In this document: positions 1-7,923 of the stretch, piece after piece
Layout of the letters: every line of letters begins with the position of its first letter
Position numbering within the stretch: position 1 is the stretch's first letter
From: an uncultured Clostridia bacterium
GTDB lineage: Bacteria; Bacillota; Clostridia; Oscillospirales; Acutalibacteraceae
Reading direction: 5' to 3'
Assembly (NCBI GenBank): GCA_944380885.1
Contig: CALWIZ010000007.1
Coordinates: 5,122 to 69,121, forward strand
Length of the DNA stretch: 64,000 nucleotides
Made by a program: the position numbers and the translations under genes
The notes under the pieces: model-generated
The model's input: only the letters and a program-made list of their open reading frames with translations
The model's database searches: none
Told to the model about the DNA's origin: nothing

Positions 1-688
1 TGTCTGTTACAAGAGGGAAATCTTTATCAGCGGCAATGGCGTGGATTGCGCTCTTTGGATTTGTGCCCTGCATTGTGCCGAAGCAAAGTCCGCTGTTATG
101 ATCGTAACGGTAAGCGTATTCATCCACATTTGTTATCACAAAACAAAGAGAGGCGGGCATTAAAGTCCCGTTTTCACCGCCGTGTTCAAATTCAGCTCCT
201 GCCCATGCGGCAAGGTCGGCGTCGCCGGTGCAGTCGGCGTAAACCTTTGCACGGTAGACTTTTAATCCGCTTTTATTAGAGACCAAAATTCCGGTAACAT
301 TACCGGCGCCGTCGGTATTTACCGAACAAAGCTGAGTGCCGAACAATACGTCCACACCGTATTCATTTATAAAATCATCATATACCCTTTTGAGCACTTC
401 GGAATCTATCGGTACCCATGTTAAGTCCTGCGGCATTATATGAGGCGACTGGGCTTTAGCAGAATTAAGTATTTTTTCCGCCATGCCGCGGTAGATTATT
501 TTTTCATTGTCGGAAAACGGAGACCAAGAGGGAACAAGACCGCCTGTACCCATTCCTCCAAGCATATAGGAAGCTTCAATCAGCAGAGTTTTCGCGCCTT
601 CACGTGCTGCGGAAGCTGCGGCAGCGCAACCGGCAGGACCGCCTCCTGCTACTATTACATCATAATTATCGCATATATCCATACTCAT
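1..688 (-). CDS. FAD-dependent oxidoreductase, N-terminal ~229 codons (gene continues past the left window edge)
   Basis: Absent from the ORF track because it is open at the window edge. My reverse-complement translation from ATG 688-686 reads MSMDICDNYDVIVAGGGPAGCAAAASAAREGAKTLLIEASYMLGGMGTGGLVPSW... This is a Rossmann GxGxxG FAD-binding start of the FAD_oxidored type often found in glycan loci. The + strand ORFs 46..279 and 440..715 are its shadows. Confidence 0.8.
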   Translation of the reverse strand, partial: MSMDICDNYDVIVAGGGPAGCAAAASAAREGAKTLLIEASYMLGGMGTGGLVPSWSPFSDNEKIIYRGMAEKILNSAKAQSPHIMPQDLTWVPIDSEVLKRVYDDFINEYGVDVLFGTQLCSVNTDGAGNVTGILVSNKSGLKVYRAKVYADCTGDADLAAWAGAEFEHGGENGTLMPASLCFVITNVDEYAYRYDHNSGLCFGTMQGTNPKSAIHAIAADKDFPLVTD

Positions 689-975
689 TTTAAATTCTGC
701 TTTTTGCATATATAAAGCCCCTCTTCAAGCAATATATTTTTTGGTTACAGTATAATATAGAAATCTATATACAGGCAAGAAATTTATTGCTTTTGAACGG
801 ACAAATATTGTTTTTTAACTTTATTTGCCAAGAAAAGTATTTTTTTACTTGTAAAAAACAGTTTAAAATAAATAACTATGACAGAATTACATCTTATTAC
901 TGAAAAAAATTATTTATTTCAGTTTCTTTATTATTGCTTTTTGCAATAATTGTCCACATCAATTAAAAAAAATTC

Positions 976-1005
976 TTGTAATAATAAATGCCTCTTTGGT
1001 ATAAT
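976..1005 (+). promoter_or_regulatory. sigma-A-type promoter for the glycan locus
   Basis: -35 TTGTAA at 976-981, 18-nt spacer, extended -10 TGGTATAAT ending at 1005. It lies in a 350-nt AT-rich gap about 33 nt upstream of ATG 1039. Confidence 0.5.
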
Positions 1006-1038
1006 TTAAACAAAAGAGAGATTAAATGGGGTATTATT

Positions 1039-3963
1039 ATGACGAAAAATGCTTGGATTAATAAACGAATACTTCAAAAAATATTGTCTATATTTGTTAC
1101 CGGAGTTGTTTTTGCGACATTTTTCGCACAGACTCCAAAACTGAATGCCGAGGAAAATTCAGCAAATATTTTCGATTCGGACACGGTTTCGGCAGACAAT
1201 GTTCAAACAGGTGTGCCGGCTTATACTGATTATCTTGCGGGCTATTCAGATGCAGAATACTCGGACAATGAGGTTTTGATTACAGCTGATAACTATTCGG
1301 GCGGAAGCGATGATATAGAATTTATTACTAATTACTCCGGTTCGGAAGGTCGGTCGGTTTTAACGAGTGAAGACGGTTATGCCGAATGGACTTTTACCGT
1401 TGAGCAGGCAGGACTTTACAATATAGTTCTTAGATATTTTCCGTATGAGGGCAAGGGCGGCGACATTAACCGCAGCCTTACGATAGACGGAAAAGCTCCC
1501 TTTGAAGAAGCGCAGTATCTTACTTTTTACAGAGTATGGAAAGAGGTCTACGATGGAGAGCGTACCGACTCTGACGGCAATGATATACGTCCGAATGAGG
1601 AGGAAGTAAGGGAATGGACCGAAACTTTTTTAGAGGATTCAACCGGTTATGCCGGCGAGCCGCTTAAGTTTTATTTCACTGAGGGCATGCATGTTATAAG
1701 GCTTTCCTCGGATCGCGAGCCGATGCTTATTGAGAGCTTAAAGCTCTGCGGAACCACGGATGCCAGAACTTATTCAGAAGTAAAAGCCGAATATGAAAGC
1801 AAGGGCTATAAGCCGGCCGGCGGCAAAACTCAATATTTACAAGCTGAGGATATGTTTGAGAAATCATCACGGAGTATTTTTCCGCAGAACGACCGCAGTT
1901 CGGCGGCAACTCAGCCGCAGGATATCTTCTTAGTGAAGCTTAATTCAATGGGTGGAAGCAACTGGCAGAACTCCGGAGCATGGGTTTCATGGAAACTTAA
2001 GGTTGAAGAAAGCGGGCTTTATAAAATAGCTCCCAGATTCAAGCAGAATTTCTCATCCGGAAAGTATGTAAGCAGAAAGCTGACTATTGACGGAGAGGTG
2101 CCGTTTAAAGAAGCCGAAAGCTTAAAATTCGATTACAGCGGTGATTGGCAGGTTAAAGCGCTCGGCGACGAAGAAAACGGAGATTATCTTTTTTATTTTG
2201 AGGCAGGAAAGGAATACACGATATCCATGGAGGTTGTTCTTGGCAGTATGGGCGAAATACTGACAAGGGTAGACCGCGTTGTGGACGCGCTCAATGAGTG
2301 TTACCGCGAAATACTTATGATTACCGGCACCACTCCGGACAGCTACCGCGAATACAATTTTCAAGAGATTATTCCTGAAACTCTTGAGAAACTGGATTCA
2401 CAGGCGAAAGAGCTTGAAAGTATTTCGGAAATGATGGTTGAAGCCACGGGTGCTCGGGGCGAGAGTGTAACTACGCTCGATCAGCTTGTTTTTCTTATAA
2501 ATAAGATGACAGATGATCCGGATACTATCGGGGGACTTTTCACACAGTTCAAAGATAATATTTCGTCTCTCGGATCGTGGATACAGTCAATTTCGCAGCA
2601 GCCGCTGTCGCTTGATTATTTTGCGATAGTTCCGGCTGATAAGGAAATACCGAAAGCGGACGGAGGTTTTTTGGAGAATCTCGCTTTCGGATTCAAGTCG
2701 TTTATAGCATCGTTCGTGGTGGATTACAGTGCGCTCGGAAGTGAAAATGATGGTTCTTCCTCCGATTCGATAACGGTATGGCTTTCAACCGGACGCGATC
2801 AGTATAATGTTATTCGTCAGCTTATAGACGGTACATTTTCGCCGCAACATGGAACTAATGTGAATCTGCAATTGGTTGGAGAGGGTACTTTGCTGCCTTC
2901 TGTGCTTACAGGAAAAGGTCCCGATGTTTCGCTTTCCAACGCTGTTGACAGCACGAGTTCCATTGAAAATCCGATAGACTATGCCGTAAGACATGCGGTT
3001 GAGGATTTAAAGCAGTTTGATGATTACGAAGAAGTCATAAAACGTTTTCACGAAAGCGCAATAGTTCCATATCAGTTTGACGGCGGCACATACGCGCTGC
3101 CGGAGACGCAGACCTTCAGCATGATGTTTGTGCGGACTGATATTTTTGAAGAAATGAATCTTGAGATACCGAAAACCTGGGATGAGCTTGAGACTATAAT
3201 ACCGGAGCTTCAGAAAAAGAATATGTCGGTGGGCATACCGCACGATTTGAATGCCCTTTTAATGTTCATGTATCAGCGGAACACCCCGCTGTATCTCGAT
3301 GACGGTGCGAGAACAAACCTTGATTCAAAGGTTGCGATTCAGTGCTTCCAGAAACTTACTGAATATTTTACTCTTTATAATCTGCCGACAGATTATGATT
3401 TTTATAACCGTTTCCGTTCGGGTGAGATACCGATAGGAATTCAGGATTATACAGTTTATAACCAGCTTTCGCTTTTCGCACCGGAAATACGCGGGGATTG
3501 GATTATGACGTCTGTCCCGGGTACGGTAGATGAAAACGGCAATATAAACAATTCTATCACCGCAAAGGGAACGGCAGTAATGATGCTTAAAGGCGTAAGA
3601 AATAAAGAAGCGGCATGGGATTTCATGAAATGGTGGACTTCCGCCGAAACTCAGAGCGAGTTTACGAATCAGATGCAGAATATCTTAAGCTCCGGCATGC
3701 AGGCGACCGCCAATGTAGAAGCGCTTTCTATGCTTCCGTGGCCGGTAAGGGACTATAAGAATATAGAAGAACAGTGGTCAAATGTTGTGGGTACTCCAGA
3801 GGTTCCGGGCGGATACTATACAACTCGTGTGGTGAATTTTGCTTTTAATGATGTATACAATACCAAAAAAGATCCCGGAGATACATTACAGAGCTATATA
3901 GAGTCACTTAACAGCGAGCTTTCACGCAAGAGAAAAGAATTCGGAATTGAGCAAGGAGAATGA
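1039..3963 (+). CDS. giant extracellular sugar-binding protein: signal/anchor, two CBM6/35-like modules, family-1 ABC solute-binding domain
   Basis: Start moved to ATG 1039 (MTKNAWINKRILQKILSIFVTGVVFATFFAQ, hydrophobic signal) because the track start at 988 lies inside the promoter. There are two internally similar modules: YAEWTFTVEQAGLYNIVLRYFP...RSLTIDGKAPFEEA and AWVSWKLKVEESGLYKIAPRFK...RKLTIDGEVPFKEA. The C-terminal ~450 aa is SBP-like. Its stop overlaps the permease start (ATGA at 3960). Confidence 0.8.
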   Translation: MTKNAWINKRILQKILSIFVTGVVFATFFAQTPKLNAEENSANIFDSDTVSADNVQTGVPAYTDYLAGYSDAEYSDNEVLITADNYSGGSDDIEFITNYSGSEGRSVLTSEDGYAEWTFTVEQAGLYNIVLRYFPYEGKGGDINRSLTIDGKAPFEEAQYLTFYRVWKEVYDGERTDSDGNDIRPNEEEVREWTETFLEDSTGYAGEPLKFYFTEGMHVIRLSSDREPMLIESLKLCGTTDARTYSEVKAEYESKGYKPAGGKTQYLQAEDMFEKSSRSIFPQNDRSSAATQPQDIFLVKLNSMGGSNWQNSGAWVSWKLKVEESGLYKIAPRFKQNFSSGKYVSRKLTIDGEVPFKEAESLKFDYSGDWQVKALGDEENGDYLFYFEAGKEYTISMEVVLGSMGEILTRVDRVVDALNECYREILMITGTTPDSYREYNFQEIIPETLEKLDSQAKELESISEMMVEATGARGESVTTLDQLVFLINKMTDDPDTIGGLFTQFKDNISSLGSWIQSISQQPLSLDYFAIVPADKEIPKADGGFLENLAFGFKSFIASFVVDYSALGSENDGSSSDSITVWLSTGRDQYNVIRQLIDGTFSPQHGTNVNLQLVGEGTLLPSVLTGKGPDVSLSNAVDSTSSIENPIDYAVRHAVEDLKQFDDYEEVIKRFHESAIVPYQFDGGTYALPETQTFSMMFVRTDIFEEMNLEIPKTWDELETIIPELQKKNMSVGIPHDLNALLMFMYQRNTPLYLDDGARTNLDSKVAIQCFQKLTEYFTLYNLPTDYDFYNRFRSGEIPIGIQDYTVYNQLSLFAPEIRGDWIMTSVPGTVDENGNINNSITAKGTAVMMLKGVRNKEAAWDFMKWWTSAETQSEFTNQMQNILSSGMQATANVEALSMLPWPVRDYKNIEEQWSNVVGTPEVPGGYYTTRVVNFAFNDVYNTKKDPGDTLQSYIESLNSELSRKRKEFGIEQGE

Positions 3964-4892
3964 GTTCTATGTCTGTAACCCCATTAAAACGAAGCAATAA
4001 AAAGAGTCTTGGACATAAGATTAAAAGCAACGCAATATGCTACGCCTTGACATTACCGTATTTTGCTATATTTTTTATTTTTACGGTATGTCCGGTACTG
4101 ATTTCCATATTTCTTAGTTTCACAACATTTAATGTACTTGAAGCGCCGGTATTTATAGGCATTGAAAATTACGCAAGAATGTTTTTGGACGATGACGTAT
4201 TTATAATCGCTATAAAGAATACATTTATTCTTGCTGCCATTACCGGTCCTGTAAGCTATCTGCTGTCTTTGGCTGTGGCATGGCTTATAAACGATCTTAA
4301 CCGTTTTATGAGGGCGTTTATTACAGTTATCTTTTTTGCGCCTTCGCTCTCGGGAAACGCGCTGCTGATTTGGACGGTTCTTTTCAGCAGTGATGCCTAT
4401 GGCTATGCAAACGGTTTTCTGATGAATCTCGGAATTATCAATCAGCCGATTCGCTGGCTGCAGGATCCGAAGTATATGATGACACTTGTTATTGTAGTTG
4501 TGCTGTGGTCATCACTCGGTACAAGTTTCCTTTCGTTTATTGCCGGACTTCAGGGTATAAACCGTTCATATTACGAGGCGGGAGCGATTGACGGCATACG
4601 CAACCGCTGGCAGGAGCTTTGGTACATAACCTTGCCGGCAATGCGTCCGCAGCTCATGTTCGGCGCGGTAATGAGTATTTCCAGCGCGTTTTCAATAGGA
4701 GATGTCGTAACGCGTCTTGTCGGTTTTCCGAGCACGAATTACGCGGTTCATACAATTATCAATCATCTGCAGGATTACGGCGGAATCAGATATGAAATGG
4801 GTTATGCGTCAGCCATTGCCACGGTGCTGTTTTTGGCTATGATAATAACCAACAGAATAGTAAGAAATCTGCTTTCCAAGGTTGGCGAATAA
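3960..4892 (+). CDS. carbohydrate ABC transporter permease (CUT1, MalF/UgpA-like)
   Basis: 310 aa, six hydrophobic segments, EAA-type loop YYEAGAIDGIRNRWQELWYITLPAMRP. Translationally coupled to the upstream SBP gene. Confidence 0.9.
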   Translation: MSSMSVTPLKRSNKKSLGHKIKSNAICYALTLPYFAIFFIFTVCPVLISIFLSFTTFNVLEAPVFIGIENYARMFLDDDVFIIAIKNTFILAAITGPVSYLLSLAVAWLINDLNRFMRAFITVIFFAPSLSGNALLIWTVLFSSDAYGYANGFLMNLGIINQPIRWLQDPKYMMTLVIVVVLWSSLGTSFLSFIAGLQGINRSYYEAGAIDGIRNRWQELWYITLPAMRPQLMFGAVMSISSAFSIGDVVTRLVGFPSTNYAVHTIINHLQDYGGIRYEMGYASAIATVLFLAMIITNRIVRNLLSKVGE

Positions 4893-4911
4893 GCTCAAGG
4901 AGAATGACTAT

Positions 4912-5784
4912 ATGGCAACTGCAAAATTAGCTAAAAGAACCAAACAGCTGAATCGTTCGCTTGCAGGCAACCTAGGCGTTTATACGGTTCTCTTTATTCT
5001 GGCGGTTTTTATGGTGCTTCCGTTGGTGTATACTCTGGTATCATCAGTAAAGCCACTGGAAGAATACTGGGTTTTTCCGCCTAAATTTACAGTAGATCAT
5101 CCTACTATGAAAAATTATAAGGATTTATTTACCATGTTGACCGATTCTATGATTCCGTTTTCAAGGTATCTTTTCAATACCGCGTTTGTTTCAATCGTAG
5201 GTACTGCCGGTCATGTTATACTCTCTTCTATGTGTGCGTTTGGCCTTGCAAAGCACAGATTTCCCGGTTCAAAAATAATGTTTTCAATGGTGGTTCTGGC
5301 GCTTATGTTCAATACCACTGTTACCAGAATACCTAACTTTATTATAATGTCGAAGCTTAATATGCTTGATACATATGCCGCGCTGATTGTTCCGGCGTTC
5401 GGTTCCTCGCTCGGTCTTTACCTTATGAAGCAGTTTATGGATTCAATGGTAAACGACTCGGTGCTTGAATCCGCACGTATTGACGGTGCGGGTGAGTGGA
5501 GGGTGTACTGGAGAATGGTAATGCCGATGGTAAAGCCGGCATGGCTTACACTTATTATATTTTCGTTCCGTGACTTATGGAATATCGGCAGCACTACATA
5601 TATTCAGAGCGAACCGCTTAAAACCCTTAATTATGTTATGTCGCAGATTTCCGCGGGCGGCGTTGCGCGCGCAGGTGCAGCAGCCGCGGCAGGTGTAATT
5701 ATGATGATTGTACCGATAACGGTATTTATTATCACGCAGAGCAACGTTGTGGAAACAATGGGCTCCTCCGGCATGAAGGAGTAA
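4912..5784 (+). CDS. carbohydrate ABC transporter permease (CUT1, MalG/UgpE-like)
   Basis: Start chosen at ATG 4912, 9 nt after AAGGAG. EAA loop LESARIDGAGEWRVYWRMVMPMVKP. Multi-pass membrane protein. Confidence 0.9.
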   Translation: MATAKLAKRTKQLNRSLAGNLGVYTVLFILAVFMVLPLVYTLVSSVKPLEEYWVFPPKFTVDHPTMKNYKDLFTMLTDSMIPFSRYLFNTAFVSIVGTAGHVILSSMCAFGLAKHRFPGSKIMFSMVVLALMFNTTVTRIPNFIIMSKLNMLDTYAALIVPAFGSSLGLYLMKQFMDSMVNDSVLESARIDGAGEWRVYWRMVMPMVKPAWLTLIIFSFRDLWNIGSTTYIQSEPLKTLNYVMSQISAGGVARAGAAAAAGVIMMIVPITVFIITQSNVVETMGSSGMKE

Positions 5785-5788
5785 GGCA

Positions 5789-7912
5789 ATGAAGAATATA
5801 TTAGTAAAAGCAGCAGCGCTTCTGCTTGTGATGACAGCGCTTAGTTCCGGTTTGACGGCATTTGCCCAAACTGCGGCATATGTTCCCTATACTACCTATA
5901 CATACAGCTATGACGGTGAGGCACAGGAAAGTCCTAACGCTTTTGTGCCGGTTGAAAGATATGACGCTACGTCGCTTGGAACTGCGGAGCTTAAAAACCC
6001 AAGCGATTTGTTTGTTGATACTGAAAGCGGCAGGGTTTATATAGCCGATACCGGCAATAACCGTATTCTGATACTGGATAACAGCCTCAAACTCATAAAT
6101 ATTTTTTCGGAATTTGAAAACACCGAAAAGGGAGGCATGGATAAGTTTAACGGACCGCAGGGGGTTTTTGTTTCCTCACGTGGGCATGTATTTGTGGCGG
6201 ATACCGAAAACGGCCGTATTGTGGAATTTGATGCTCAGTTAAAAATGATTCGGATTTTAACCGAGCCGGTTTCGCCTTTTTGGCCTGAAGATATGTCTTT
6301 TAAGCCGATAGCACTGGTTGTGGACAGCGGAAACCGCATTTACGCCCTTTCCCAGAATATGAACGAGGGTGTTGTGAATTTAAGCGAAACCGGCGAATTT
6401 TTAGGATTTTACGGTGCTCAGAAGGTTCAACAAAGCATTTTCGACTGGTTTACTCAGCTTTTTCAGAATGAGGAAAAAAGCAAGCGTACCGTAAAAACCG
6501 TGCCGCGTGTTTATAACAGTATCGCAATAGACAGCCGTGATTTTGTATGGTTGACCGCGAACTCGATTGAAAAGCAGGATCAGATAGATTATATGACCTC
6601 AAAGTCTCTGACAAGCGCGCCGATAAAGCGTCTTAATCCCAAGGGAGACGATGTGCTTTTCCGAAATGCGAAATGGGCTCCGGGCGGCGACCTCGGTGAA
6701 GAGCCTTCAAGCATCGTAGATGTTACCATGAAGGACAACGGAATATATTCGATACTTGACAGTAACAAGAATAAAATTTTCACTTATGACAATAACGGCA
6801 ACCTGCTTTATGCCTTCGGCGCTTCGGGACAGCAGTTGGGAACTTTCAATCTCTGCACATCGATTTCCTACTTCGGTAATGATTTGCTGGTGCTTGATAA
6901 GGGCAACGGCACTATTACGCGTTTGGAACAGACTGATTACGGCGCTTTGATAGAAAGAGCGATAGTCGCAGATGCCAACCGTGAATTTGAAGAATCGCTT
7001 GAATGCTGGAATTCGGTTTTAAAGCAGAATCAGAATTTTGATATGGCATATACCGGAATTGCCGACGCTTTTCTGCGCAACGGCGATTACGAGGAAGCAA
7101 TGGAATATTTTAAAACCGCCCGTGATACTGAAAACTACTCAAGAGCTTTCAAAAGCTACCGTTCTGAATTTGTACGTGAAAATCTGATTTACATAGTTTT
7201 GGTTGTATGCGCGGTATTAGCGGTATTTTTCATTGTCAACAAGAAAATCAAAAAATTCAACAATAAGTTTTATTATTCTGACAGCAAACACACGCTGCTT
7301 GACGAATTCCTTTATTCGTTTTACAGTATTTATCACCCGATGAAGGGCGCATGGTGTATAAAGGCGGAAAGACGGGGCAGCGTCCGGGCGGCGCATATTA
7401 TAAATCTTCTTGTTATAGCGACCTTTATTTTCAAGGGCATAGGAACAGGATATATTTTCAATAATGTGTTGATTCAGAATTTTGATATTGTACGCACGGT
7501 CTTAAGTGTTGTTCTGCCAATACTTTTATGGTGTGTTTCAAGCTGGTCATTAACTACATTGTGCGGCGGCGAGGGAAATATCAAACAGATATATGTTGCC
7601 ACTTCTTATTCGCTTATGCCGCTTGTCGTGATAAATATACCAATGACCATTATAAGCAACTTTCTCGCAATAGAAGAGCAGGCGTTTCTGACCTTTATGA
7701 TTTTTCTTTCTTTTGCGTGGAGTCTGCTGCTGATTTTTGCATCTACAATGACAATACATGATTATACAATGGGCAAAAATCTGTTTACGGTAATTCTTTC
7801 GGTTGTGGGAATGCTTATAATACTTTTCCTTGCGATACTGCTGATTATTCTTTCGAATAAGATAGTTTCTTTCATACAGCAGATTTACGAGGAAGTAATC
7901 AACCGTTTATAA
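5789..7912 (+). CDS. secreted NHL-repeat beta-propeller + TPR + C-terminal Yip1-type multi-pass membrane domain protein
   Basis: Signal peptide MKNILVKAAALLLVMTALSSGLTAFAQ. NHL-type repeats GRVYIADTGNNRILILD and GHVFVADTENGRIVEFD. TPR-like segment WNSVLKQNQNFDMAYTGIADAFLRNGDYEEAMEYFKTA. About 5 TM helices follow from roughly residue 470 with Yip1-like spacing. Confidence 0.7.
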   Translation: MKNILVKAAALLLVMTALSSGLTAFAQTAAYVPYTTYTYSYDGEAQESPNAFVPVERYDATSLGTAELKNPSDLFVDTESGRVYIADTGNNRILILDNSLKLINIFSEFENTEKGGMDKFNGPQGVFVSSRGHVFVADTENGRIVEFDAQLKMIRILTEPVSPFWPEDMSFKPIALVVDSGNRIYALSQNMNEGVVNLSETGEFLGFYGAQKVQQSIFDWFTQLFQNEEKSKRTVKTVPRVYNSIAIDSRDFVWLTANSIEKQDQIDYMTSKSLTSAPIKRLNPKGDDVLFRNAKWAPGGDLGEEPSSIVDVTMKDNGIYSILDSNKNKIFTYDNNGNLLYAFGASGQQLGTFNLCTSISYFGNDLLVLDKGNGTITRLEQTDYGALIERAIVADANREFEESLECWNSVLKQNQNFDMAYTGIADAFLRNGDYEEAMEYFKTARDTENYSRAFKSYRSEFVRENLIYIVLVVCAVLAVFFIVNKKIKKFNNKFYYSDSKHTLLDEFLYSFYSIYHPMKGAWCIKAERRGSVRAAHIINLLVIATFIFKGIGTGYIFNNVLIQNFDIVRTVLSVVLPILLWCVSSWSLTTLCGGEGNIKQIYVATSYSLMPLVVINIPMTIISNFLAIEEQAFLTFMIFLSFAWSLLLIFASTMTIHDYTMGKNLFTVILSVVGMLIILFLAILLIILSNKIVSFIQQIYEEVINRL

Positions 7913-7923
7913 AGGAGATTGTT

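Noticed and set aside
46-715. + strand ORFs 46..279 and 440..715.
   Set aside because: The minus strand here encodes a clean FAD-binding N-terminus (GxGxxG). The + strand translations are Arg/Cys-rich shadows.
988-1038. Upstream ATG 988 as the start of the giant SBP.
   Set aside because: It would place the start codon between the -35 and -10 boxes of the only good promoter. The MTKNAW... start at 1039 gives a normal signal peptide.
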